Assembly: GCA_009103225.1 (NCBI GenBank) | Contig: RHPI01001921.1 | Coordinates: 115,894 to 179,893, forward strand | DNA: 64,000 nt | Origin: Chlorokybus atmophyticus | Lineage: Eukaryota; Plantae; Mesostigma and Chlorokybus algae | Reading direction: 5' to 3' | In this document: piece after piece, positions 24,001-36,330 of the stretch | Layout of the letters: the number at the start of each line of letters is the position of its first letter | How positions within the stretch are numbered: position 1 is the stretch's first letter | The notes under the pieces: model-generated | What the model saw: the letters and a program-made list of their open reading frames with translations, nothing else | Database searches by the model: none | What the model was told of the DNA's origin: nothing | Position numbers and translations under genes: made by a program

Positions 24001-25519
24001 TTGGCTCACTTGCCGATGCCCACATCACCGACAGGAGGTGCGACTCAGGTCCGTTTGGCTGCGGTGAAGTGGTTGGATGCTGATAATGGTGGGGACCACA
24101 GTGCGGGCGAGTTCGACGCGGAGCTGAGTGTCTTATCACGCCTGAGACACGAGAACTTGGTGTCTCTCATTGGCTTTTGTAATGAGGACCCGCATCGGCG
24201 ACTGCTCGTGTACGAGTACGCCACGCGAGGGAGCCTCGCTAGCTGCCTGCATGTTGGGCCCAAAACAACCCAACATGGGTCGGATACACCCCCTCCCACG
24301 CCTCTCACGTGGCATGAGAGGCTGCGCATTGCTGCGGGGAGTGCAAGAGGGTTGGCGTATCTACATGATGCGGTCCCGCCGGTGGTGCACAGGGACTTCA
24401 AGCCGTCCAATGTGCTTCTGGATAGCACACTCCGGCCCATGCTAGCGGACTTTGGACTTGCGCGACAGGTTGCACCCGAGCGCACGCACGCTACCACACG
24501 CATCATGGGCACATTCGGATACGTTGCACCTGAGGTAATGATCACGAGCACACGCTTGCGCACACACAACCACACACAAGCGTGGACACATATGTACACG
24601 CATGCACGCGCGTGGGCGCAAGCGCACATACCCACATGCGCGTGCGTGCGTGCGCGCACACACATGCAAGCACGCACGTACTCACGCACACATGCACGCG
24701 TGTACACCCACCCACACTTACGCATCTCTCTGCATGCGTAAATGTGCTTGCGCACGCATGCATGTGGGTATGTATTACAACTGTTGTCTCACGATTGTTA
24801 TCTTGTAGTACGCGATGACGGGTCACCTGACCTCTCACTCCGACACCTACTCCTTCGGCGTGGTGTTACTAGAACTCCTCACCGGCCGCGAACCCGTCGA
24901 CATGCGCCGCCCCGCAGGCGAACAAATCCTCGTACGCTGGTGGACAACACTATCCTCAAACTCTTCGACAACACCTTCTTCAATAGCATCCGCCATCGAT
25001 CCCAACATGTTGGGTCCAATTCCGAGTGTAGATGAAGCTGCTGCGGTTGGTGCAGTTGCCTCACGTTGCATCGCACCCGAGCAGGAGTCACGCCCGTCCA
25101 TGAGTCACGTTGCGTGGCTACTCGAAGGGATACAAAGTGGTGCTATCACACACCCAACGCAAGTCCTCGCCGCACCCGACCGCAAACACAACAACAACAA
25201 CATAGCCACGAGTCCCAGTCTCACCCGTGCAGCCACGCGTGACGTGAGGTTGCGTATCATAGAGGAGGGCCCCGCTGCTGCGGCCGACACACCAAGCAAC
25301 AACATGCCCACAAAGAAGGGTGGTGGGGTGAAGTCACCCGCGGAGATAGGTGCTGGAGGATCGAGACGACAGTCGCATAGCAGGCACGGAAGCCGCGATT
25401 ATGACTTTGACTTTGATGATGAGGGTGGAAGTGGTAGTGGTGATGGCCATGGTGATGGTGTGGCGAGGAGTGTTGCACCTACGGCTGCGGTGCACTCGCG
25501 GCGAGGGAGCCGCTCGTAG
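21076..25519 (+). CDS. RLK/Pelle receptor-like kinase, ALE2/extensin-class-like (signal peptide, SEA-like ectodomain, Pro-rich segment, TM, RD kinase); ectodomain interrupted by an N-gap
   Basis: Signal peptide MVVSVWVMMALLLGVAAG; ectodomain ..IDILSVRAGSVYVTF..; TM VVVIAAAAGGGSLLILS|AVICYCIHRKR; kinase motifs LGQGGSGTVY, VHRDFKPSNVLLD, DFGLA and GTFGYVAPE|YAMTGHL..SFGVVLLELLTGREPVDM. Confidence 0.85.
21991..22843. other. Assembly gap (N run); further gaps at 46932-47343, 51435-51464 and 54856-54988
   Basis: N characters flanked by low-complexity C/T, GA or TA repeats. Confidence 1.
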
Positions 25520-26064
25520 CGGTGATGTTGGTGTTGGTGTCGGTGTTGTACTGTTGTTACGCATTGTAGTTATGTTTCTGATTTACTACGGGATTGGTGT
25601 ACCACATTAGGTACCTATTCCCGTCCGCACCATAAGCATGACGGGCGCGGCCTCATCGTAGGTGTGAGGCTGATGTATTTGCTACACATTGTGGTATTGT
25701 TGATGTTGTTGGTAGTGGTGGTGTTGTGCTTCATGCTGCAGTCATATCAGTGACTGCAACATGCGACGGGTGGTGTGATGTGTTGGTTTTCGGGTGCGAC
25801 CCTTCCAGACTTCTGCCTATTGTGCTTGCATGCCATTGTGATAGTCGCCTGCAAACTGTGAGCACACTGGAGAAACCACATGCTCAACACGCTCAAGTTA
25901 TCGCATGCAGTACTGAAACTGTTGCCCGCTGAACTGTATGCATGGTCGCCATCCCATTGGGTTGTGGATGGATTACACAGCAGCCCAAGTGCAAAGCCGA
26001 GTCATGCACATGCACATCAACGCAACCTAGCACATCACAGCATAAGGTCACTCGACGTCACACG

Positions 26065-29000
26065 CTACTGCTGGTCATGTGTCTGATACGCGCGCTCGTG
26101 TCCGTCCTGCACCGTCATGGCGTTGAGTAGGTTGCTCTCGACAGCCGCCAGCCGCGCCTTCATGCCCGCCAGGGCCTTCTCTATGCTCTGCACCGCGTCC
26201 GGTACCTGCGCCACAACAAGCATGCGGGTCACACAACAAGCATGAATCAACGTGTGAGTGGTTGCACTCACCACAAGGGGCTGGGTCTGCTGCTTGTGGG
26301 GTTTGAGCACAGGCCGGGAGTGGAATATCTCACGCATGCGCTGCTTGCGCTGGATGGAGGCTGTCGTGGTCTGCTCGTGGTGCTTCGGCTTTGAAGCACT
26401 CTGCGTTGGGCGTGTGTGTGAGAGTGTGCGTATGTGTGTGTGCGTAAGTGCACTCTTGGACACCGTGTTGCAATGACGCACACACGTGCGTGAGCGCATG
26501 CTTGTCAAAAGCAGCACCAAGCACGAAAGGTAATGCTTGATATCCGCTACTCTCACCTTTACAAGTGGATGTGCGAGGGCGTACTTGAGGGCCGCCAGCG
26601 CGGACGTGTGCTGCATGTTGGCGCTCCCAGACGTGCATGCCGGCAGCTGCTGGAAGGCTCCAACCTGAGAGTGTTGGGTAAGTACATTACTCGTGTAATC
26701 ACCACTCATACAACACACAATACAACGGAACGTACAAGTAAACGCAACGTGCATACCCTTCGTGTGCATCGCTGCCGGTGATTCCTCTCACCCATCCTCG
26801 CAAACAGGCCCTCAACGCTCCCACCCTCTTCATCAGTCTCACTCTGTTGTTCCTCACTCTCCCCATTCCCACCCTGCAACATCTCCTCATCTCCTCCTTC
26901 TCCCCTCAACTCCTCCTCGCGCCGGCCCCATGCCTCAGCCGCCTCGTTGATGCGTTCCAACGCAGCCCTCATTTTCTCGGACTCAGCATCAAACTTGAGC
27001 TGTGAACGACAACAACTGTTAGTTGGAAGCTTGACATGCCGGCACGCGTGCGCACATGCACTACACACCCATGTACCTTTGGTGATAACAAGTGGTGGTC
27101 TTCGCACTCGGGAGGCTCTTTGCGGTAGGGTGCAGGGCGCGAGGGGAGAGGTGCGGGGGGCTGCGGGTGCATTCATTACGTGTTGTGTTGGGTAATTGTA
27201 CGACTTTGTGGATGATCAACATGGCAGAGAGACTTGCCAGACACTTACCGTGAGGGTCCACTTCATGTTGTAGGCCTTGAGTGCCCTCCTGGCAGCCTCG
27301 AGCGTGCGCTCGCCGCCCGTGAGGGTGCGGTTGTCCTGCGTCACGCATGCGCGCACCGCCATCGGGTTGCCCCACAACACCACCTGTGTGCATGTGTCAA
27401 ATAGACATATACATTGTATCCATCAATCATACAACAACATCATCCAGCCAAGCGTACATGTCGAAGAGTGGGCACTCGCTTGAGCGGTAGCAACTCGTCG
27501 TCCGTGTTGATCCGATTCAGAGATAGGTCCAACTCCGCCAGCGATGGGAAGCGCCCCTCACCGAAGGCCTGTGGCGATGCGAGTTGTCTGAGTGAGTGCG
27601 CCACGCACAAGCTCGATTGCATCTTGTTTGCAATCACAGACAGATTCCTCGCACCTCCTGAGGCATGTGGGTGATGTGGTTGTTGCCCAGCGACAGCTGT
27701 CGGAGCTTCTCCAACTGCTCAAAAGAATACCGTTTAGGAGCGCATCAGGTACCACAATGCACGCAAGCATGCGCGTTGGCGCACACGCGCATGGCATCAC
27801 ACACACAGATAGACAGACCCACACTCGCACCCACCCACCCACCCACCCACCCAGACCCCCTCTCACCTTGCTCAGCGCCGCAATCGCTTGCCCCGTCAGA
27901 TCATTCTCATCCAGCCACATCTGCTCCAGCATCGGGAACACCCTCGCCGCCTTGGAGTCATAGCTATCATGGCTCGTGCGTCCTAGTTGTGGCGGGACGG
28001 ACCCCAGCCCGTTGTGAACGAGGGAGAGGGCGCGGAGGCGAGGGAGGAGAGAGAGGGAGAGGAGGGACTCGGGACCCAGGGCGTTGTAGGACAAGTCCAG
28101 GAACTGAGAGGGAGGGGGAGAGTGGGTGGGGAGAGTGAGTGTGTAGTTTGCCTTCTCTCACTGACTTCTCACTTACTTCTAGGTTTGGGAATGAGTTGGG
28201 TGGCGGTTCGACATCAACGAGTCGGTTGCAAGACAGCCACAAGCGTCGAAGCTTGGGTAGTCCAGCGAGGGACTCCTGTCCCACCACCACTTGTTGGATA
28301 ATGTTGGCAACACGGTACCACCAACATGTGTGTAAGCGTGTCTCACCATGGAGACGCAGTTGTCGGACAGGTCCAGGCGCTCCAAGTTGACAAACGCGCG
28401 CACGTCCTGGAGCTGCACTCCGCACACGCCCGCCGACACAACACGCACCGCGTCCACCTCCTCGGGTCTCTCACACCCGCTCGCCTCCAACTGCACTTGA
28501 CTATGTTATTACAGCACCTCAAGCAAAAACTGACTGACTGATGCACTTACTAGTGTGCGTGTGCGCAGGGGCTCGGGGCTTGGGGGGTCCACGGCGAGGA
28601 GAGGCAGGCGGGTGTTGTTGGGATTGGGGTGGGTGTTGCGGCGGCGGCGGCGGGGGCGGGGACGAGGGGGTGCCAACTCGGTTGTGGAGATGATAGCGGG
28701 GGGACGGCGCACACGTCTAGAGTCACCTGCGTGCGTGCGTGTGCATGCATATGTGCCCGTGCGCGTGTGTGTGCATGTGCGTGCAGGTGTGCTTATGGCT
28801 GTGCAAGTGCAATGGGTTGAGACCACCCCGTGCATGTTGTGACACTCACGCCTAGCTTTGCGTTCTTCACTGCGAAGCTGTGCACGCGACGGTGACTCTG
28901 CCCGAGGCGAATGCGTTGCCGATGTTGACACGGATGCCGACGACGCGGACGTCCTCTGCGTGTCGAGGATATCTGCACTCTCCTCACCTTCACTCGCAAT

Positions 29001-31000
29001 CTGCGTCGCACACAATCAAGGGACATCAGACCTAGAATCGGGAAACCATATGGTGATGTGCAGGCCTATCTAGTCTCTCACCATTCCGTGTCTTTCTTCG
29101 TGCTGCAGAGTTTCGGCTGGCTCATCGTGATCAAAATTGTCTCGGTCATCGCTCTCAGGTGTGGCAACATCAGCAACAGGCACGGTTCCAGCGTTATCGG
29201 CAACCGATGATAATGATGTATCCGTTGGTAGCGTGGTGGTCTCGTCCTCCTTTTGCTGCTCGACGGTGCTACGGCGCCGCTCTGCTGCACTGCGAGGCCT
29301 GCATTCAACATCTTCAGCACGCCTCCACATAGTAGAACACACATGTACAGTCACCAACTCACATGCGCATGGACACGTGTATGCGTGTGCGCATGTGCAC
29401 GTGAGCATGCGTGCACTTGCGTAAGCGTGCACGGACACGCGCGCACGCTCGCATGAATAATATATACGCCGCACGGGGAAAGCTCCAGGCTCCCGGAGTT
29501 TCTCACCTCGTGGGTGGTGTCGACATTGCCGTTTGTGTCTTGGGCGCTGAGCTTGGGCGGGAGTGCCATGGTCTTGATGATGTGGTGACGGTGTTGGGAG
29601 ATGAGCGCGGGCGTGGCGGCGGGAGGATTGCGTCTGAGATTGGTGCGGTCTTTGTTGTTGAGAAGGTGGACGCGGAGCCTGAACATGACAACAATGATTG
29701 CTATACAACAACCTCTAACACGCACGCGCACACGCCTATACCCGCACTCGCATATGCCCGTACGCATGCACGTGCACACACACGCCGACGCCGACGCACG
29801 CGCACACGCACGCACGCACGCACACACACACGCACACACGCCCTGCACTCAAGCTCCATACCTGGCCGCTGGCGCCAGGGCTGAGCGGATCGCGGCCGCC
29901 AGGGTCGCTTCGAAGCATCAGTGCTCAATGAGTATGACGATGACGCCTGTGACAACAATACGACACAAACTGGGATGCATGCCTCGAGTGATGCAGACAG
30001 CGAGGGATGCGCGCGGCACAGATCAAGCCAATTTTACACGCAAAGTAAAGCATACTCTGAGCATACTCTGAGCATTTAAGCAATACTGTGTGTTATGTGA
30101 CCTTACCGCGTTGTAGTTGCGCCAAGGGTCGATGGCAACGCCATCCACCGTTGAGCTCGCAGCCCCGAGACCCGACGAGAAGCTGTTGGCTCCGATGTTG
30201 CTTGACGATGAAGGAAGCAAAGCATCATCATCCAACACTCCAGGGTGTGGTCTTTGACTCTCATCATCAACATCGTCCTCCTCCACCTGATGTATCTCTA
30301 CTACTACCTCTACTACCTTTTCCACCCCTCCACCACTTTCTCCCTGATCTAACTGCTGATGCTCATCAGCAATCCATGATCTTTCATATTTGTCAACATC
30401 AACATCCTTAACAATAGCTTGCGCGTTTGCTATCCTCTCCTCCTGCTCCTCAACCGCATCACCTCCGCCCTCGTCATCATGTACGTCCTCCCCCCGGTCC
30501 TCCACCTCCACCTCCACGCCGCTCTCAGCGTCACCCCCAGCGGCGTCAAGCATCACCGCTTCCTCCATTTCAACACTAGCACCAGTCCTGTAGGTGCCTC
30601 ACAGATGTGGCCGCGCAGGTCATGGACGTGGACAAGGACATCGCCGACACCCCTGGGAGCACGTGACGTACGAGTGCGGGTACGCCGCGGCAATTGGTGC
30701 AGCAGCATACATGTACTAAGAGAATTCGTTCCGGAGCAGCGGTGCACAATGTGATCACTTCGTTGTTGGGTTGGAGATTCAAAAGAATATATGGCTCCGA
30801 CCCTAAAAGTCTGAGGCGTTCCTCGAGGACGCGGCGGCAGCGGCGGTGGCGGGGAGGAGAGGGACGAGGACGAGGAGGAGTATAGAGGGGAGGACGGGGA
30901 GGACCAAGTGAAAGGAGCAGGAGGAGTGCCTGAAAGTTGAGGAGACTTAAAGTCATGGAAGGGCGGGGTGTGCGGAGCTGATCTAGGTGCTTCATCATGT
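26065..31000 (-). CDS. XRRA1-like leucine-rich-repeat protein (cilium-associated family), multi-exon; 5' end uncertain
   Basis: LRR exons read FVNLERLDLSDNCV, LPKLRRLWLSCNRL..FPNLE, LDLSYNAL..LPRLRALSLVHNGL, FPMLEQMWLDENDL, LEKLRQLSLGNNHI, FPSLAELDLSLNRI and VVLWGNPM, with acidic flanks. The XRRA1 family assignment is from recalled similarity. Confidence 0.65.
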
Positions 31001-31612
31001 GCATGATCCGCATGCTGCTGTTCACAATGCGCATTTGAACACAGTGCATGTCGGGTCAATAATAAATTGCAGCCCACACATACACACAACCGTGATCAAG
31101 TTCTTTCTTGTTCACGAATCATACAAGCACCGTCGTTATTCAGCATTGTCATGAGTGCAGCAGCAACAATTGCTACATGGGCGCACAATCGGGTGTCACA
31201 GTTCCCCCAGTTGCGGAAATGTTTGTTCATATCTTGCCAACGGTGCACCTTTATCAAGATGTAGTACACAGGCACAGACAGCATGGGTCCAAGATACACA
31301 GAACAAGCCGCTAGTTTATGCACCATCTACAACTACATCAAGTCCGAAACAGTCAAGACTGCAACATCTTGATGTCGTATCCACTACCGAACATGTCCAA
31401 CATCTCGTGTATGCTTGGATATAACACGAACACAGCATAACAACAAGCAATCACAGAGTTCATACTTTCAGACAGTGCAGTGATGATTATCATCGAGTGG
31501 TGCATGCGATTGTGCTTTACTGCAATGTCCAACAGATCCACATAGGTCTGGTCTGTTGTTTATGCGACACATGCACGACAGAATAGTGTGTAACTGTGAG
31601 AAAGCAAGCGGG

Positions 31613-31910
31613 TATGGCGTCACCCGATGACGACGACGAGGAGGAGCTGGACGATGACGACCTGGATGATGACGATGACGACCTGGACGATGACCTGGAT
31701 GACGATGACGAGGAGGACGATGAGGAGGATGAAGACAACGCTGATGACAATGATGAGCAGCCAGCTGGCGCACAGCCAGGTAGTGGCAGAGACAATAGTC
31801 ATACACACATATACAAATGTGCGCATATATGACACGCATGCGCGCGCGCGTACCTACACGTGTCGGCACACACACACCTTCCTCGCCACAGATGCCATAG
31901 CCTCCGCCTT

Positions 31911-31942
<32 letters not shown>

Positions 31943-34522
31943 TCGCGGCCGCGGGCCCCCGCATCACCACCACAGCCCACCCCGCAGCGCAACCTGCGTC
32001 CACCCGACCCGGCAGCGGCGGACAGGATGCTGTCACCGCAGCACGCGCAGCAGCAGCGGCAGCAGCCGCAGCACAGGTGAGAGAAAGAGACTATCATACT
32101 GTGCGTGTACGTGTATGTGTATGTCACTTGCGTGTACTGACAACTGGGTTTTGCTACAGCAGCAGCGATTATTATTGGCGGGGACTTCATTGCAAGCGCG
32201 GCCGGCGGTGCAAACAGCCGGCCCGAGTTATGCAATGTCGAGCGGTCTGCAGACAAGCTTCAGAGCAGCACAGCCAGTAAGAAAGCACATCGCACCCTTT
32301 GTTGTTATTAGTGACTTTCCTTGGATTACAACCAACGCTATTGGCACGCATCAGGTGGGTCGGCCTCCCGCAACGACACCATTGCAGCAGCAAACACAAC
32401 AGCAGTATGTGCCTCGCACGCCTCTCACGGGGACGCCAGGCCGGCCGCCTTTGGCCGGGAGAGTGACACCAGTGTTGGGTACTCAGAGTGCCATGCAAAC
32501 ACCAGGAGCCATGCTGTCGACACCAACACAGGTAGGGGACGATGGCACATATGTTGGGTTGGGTTCCTGCTCAAGCAGTCACTAGTATGTCCATGTATGA
32601 CAGATCACGCCCGCGCCTCGCCCGCAAGCCAAGCCTCCCGTGCAGATACCCAACATGCCCCCGCCTCCCCTCCCGAGCCTCGGGCCGCACCTACTCGTGG
32701 CCCCATCCTTTGCCGGTGAGTGTTGTGTTTGTGTGCCGCATGCCAACCTGAAACCCAACATACCCAATACATATTGTGTAGATGTTCACGGTCAGAGGAT
32801 GGTGCTTGCGCTGCGTTCGGGCGTGAAGAGCGAGGTGGCGTGGGCTCTCAACGCCCTCACGGTGCTGTCCTACGCCGACGAGGGGGAACTCAAGGCCCAG
32901 GGGTTGCTAGCGAAGATACCGGGACTGCTAGACACACTCCTCTTGCTGGTACGCATGATGATGAACACCATCGTCACACTCATGGCGACGTATCGACGTT
33001 CAACTTGTTGTTTTGTCATTCAAGATTGATGAGTGGCGGGATGCTGCGTGGCCTCGGGATCAGCGAGCTGCGCGCAAGCGGTTGAAAGTGTTGGGATACG
33101 GCCGCTCTGTCACGGGTTACGGGTATCTGATGGTTGCAGTCTCATCAGGCGCTAGCTGGCTTTTTGTGAAAAGGAATGCAATTTACGGCATATTTACGAG
33201 CCTGTGGTTACTCGCAGAATGGACGGAGACACGTTCATGCAAGAAGAGCCACTGGAGGATAGCGTTGCCAACCGCGATGCTGCAGGTAAGCGCAAAGCGC
33301 TCCTGCTACAATTGACTTGATCTTTGAATACATGTGCGCGCCTGTGCGTGTGCGTGTGTGTGTGCAAGCACACTCGAGTGTGTGCATACATGCGTTTATG
33401 CGTGTGTATCTCACCACGTAGGTTGGTGGTGGGAGGAGGATGGTTTGTTCAACCTGGACGAGTTGGCGCGTGCCGAGAAGCACGCTCACGCGGTATGCGC
33501 GTCCAACATCCTTCGCAACCTGTCCTTCTCCGGCGCGGACAAGGAGAACGCCATGTCTGGCCACGTGCGCTGCCTCGCCCTGACCGTGGCCGCCGTCGAA
33601 GACATGGACACGCACGACGACGACGACGAGGAGCTCGTCAAGAACATGGTGGACGTGCTCGTGAATGTCGCGGGCGCCCTTGACCTCAACTCCATCCACC
33701 ACATCGAGCTCAACGAGTCGTCTCACTCCCACCACACGCACGCGCACACGCAACAACATCCACGCCACCACCCCACGCACACGCACCACCCGCCTCTCAC
33801 GGTCAAGCGCGCCCTCAACGCCGCCCTGAAGCTCCTCGACACGCCGCGCCACGGCGTGTCCACAACCCACTTTGCCATCGCCGGAGCGGATATAGTGGCC
33901 CGTCTCGCAGCCAATGCTGTGAATGAGTCTCTTGTTGTGGGGTTTGGACCGAAGGTGTTCCCGAGGCTCGTGCAGATGTTGGCCTCGAGTGATGCGGAGG
34001 TGCAGGCGTCGGCAACCGTGGCGATGCATGTGCTAATGGAAGCGGACCCGGAGTCCAGACCGCTGCTGGCGCAGCAGAGAGGGTGAGAGGATTTCAAGCG
34101 TGTGCGTGCGTGCGTGCGTGCGTGCGCGTGTGTGTGCGTGCGCGTGTGTGTGCGGGCGTGTGCATTTGGCCGAGTATTTGCTACTGCGTGTCTATAAAGG
34201 GCGATCAGGCGCCTGTTGAGCGTGGCCAAGACCCACCCGACCTTTGAGGTCTCTCGCAAAGCCGTGCAGACGATTGGCGGTTTGGCGGCATCCCCCTACA
34301 GCAGAGAACACGTGAGTGTGTTTTTGTTGTGTCTTGTTACACAGTCAGCACACATTGCTGATACATGATATGTTGGTATATCAGGTGGCGTTGCATGAGC
34401 CGGCACTGGTGGATATGGCTATGACCGATGGACGCCTTGCCGATGCGGCAGCGCGCGTGCTGTTTGACTTGAGTCCGAAGGGCGCGGCGAGGGCGCCTGT
34501 CCTGCGCGCGTGGGGGTCGTGA
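31613..34522 (+). CDS. LFR: Armadillo-repeat SWI/SNF subunit LFR (LEAF AND FLOWER RELATED) orthologue
   Basis: LGPHLLVAPSFA|..RMVLALRSGVKSEVAWALNALTVLSY, LAKIPGLLDTLL|IDEWRD, WWWEEDGLFNLD..AVCASNILRNLSF and C-terminal RAWGS* (Arabidopsis LFR ends in RGIWGM as recalled). Confidence 0.88.
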
Positions 34523-35503
34523 CAACAAGGGCAACATCGTGTTGGCCATGTTAGATGTACCTTTCTATGTTTGGTTGCGCAGGGTTGTAGCCGCGTGTGG
34601 CACACGGACCCGTGAAGCAACACATACTCTGCATGTGTGTTTAGAGGGCTGCTGCTTTCCAACTGCTACTAACTGTCAGTGGTCTGGGCGAAGCAGACTA
34701 ATACACACACGAGATGGATCTGGTATGTTGCGACACACAGCATCTGCTTGTAGATGTATAGTTGCAAGGACAGCTTGTGAATGCGCTAACCATATGCAGT
34801 CATTGTATCATCTCACACACTCATTCTGGTCGAGGGGGGGAGGGGATGCTGCTGGTTGTCCTGCTGCGTGCTGAACGGCACTACTGATGCATACCCACAT
34901 GATGTCGGGTGCGGATTCAGCCAGTTGAGAGGAGTCACACACGGATTAAAACAACAAAGTGTTTTGCGTCAGCATCCTCAGGCATGTGTAATTCATGCGA
35001 GGAGATGTGCCGGTGGGTTGGGGGCATCATGTGGGTGTGAACACGCGCATGCATTGCAGGAAGTAATGGGATGATGGGGAGGATGTTGCTTAATGGTGAG
35101 CAACAAGGGGTGCCAGTATTGGGCTGGGCCACTGTCGGCTTGACAAGTGTACATGTTTTGCACTGAGCGTTTGTTGCATCGGTCATAACACATCGGAAGG
35201 AGTGTCAGCATGCAGGTGAAGACTTTTATTTCGCTCTGTATCAACATGTAGGTGAAGACTCTGTTTCGCTCTGCCGCCACATATTGCACTTTCCTGTTAA
35301 CTACTTTCGTAGTGTTAGCTATTGCAGATTATAAGGCCTGCGCCGATTGATACAATTCAGCTTGTGCTAATGCTTGTAAGGTGTGTGTATGCAGAGTAAT
35401 TGAGAGGGGTGTGTGATATGGATGCTGGCATGTTGCACATTAACTACAGCATCTAGCAGCTTCATTTTGATGGATCAGCAAAGTTTACTATTGGGTAGGT
35501 GAA

Positions 35504-36330
35504 CTACATCAAGCTGAAGTTCAACCTAGGCAGATGGCTTGATTTCCTTGTGCAAAGGCACTCAGCCATGCGGTGGCCCTTTTGGTTGCACTTGAAGCAC
35601 ACGTTGGCTTTGTAGCGCAGGGCCCTCTGCTTAGGTGTTATGCCCAGGTCTTGCACAACCCTATTGCCATTGTTGTTGTTACGGGGCTTCTTGCTGCTGG
35701 AGGGCACATGTGCATGGCCATTGACATTGCCCTTTGCACGCCCTTGCTTGCCATAGCCGTTCTTGATAGTTGAAACAGAGGACTGAGCCTTCGAGGCCTC
35801 AGGCAGAGGCAGATTGCCAGCCTGCTCTTGCATGCGCTGTTGGTTCTCATAACCAATGGCCTTGCACACATGTTGACCATCAGGTCAAAGTGCTTGTCCC
35901 TGTATGCTCCAAACCATCACGGTCCTCGCTGGGCTTGAACTGCGCCTGCTCTTGCACCTATGAAGGTTGCCTGAGCATTCTCAGGCAACAGCAGCGATAT
36001 CTGTCAAGCTGCTTAGCCTCAGATAGTGGGCAGTCAATGCCAATCTCATGGCACATTGATTAAAGAAGAGGGTTGACTGTTTACCAGACTAGCCTGTTCT
36101 GTAACGCATAGCGGCCAGCTTGTTCCTTGCCTTCTGATACGGGTGCACACCCCGTAGGCCCGCAAGTGAGCACCCCTAAACACATTGAGGCTCTCCGTGT
36201 TCAGACCCTGCTCTCTTGCGCGAGGCTCTGTCCCTTCCCACATCCGGGCAGCTGTCTGCCTCACGTATGATGCAACAATCTCCACGGACCGAAGTTCATG
36301 AGCTGGCAACAACCCACTGTTTTGTAACAG
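35504..36330 (-). mobile_element. Decayed Ty3/gypsy gag remnant with CCHC zinc knuckle
   Basis: CFKCNQKGHRMAEC knuckle, with upstream VASYVRQTAARMWEG..HPYQKARNKL interrupted by frameshifts and stops. Confidence 0.7.
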
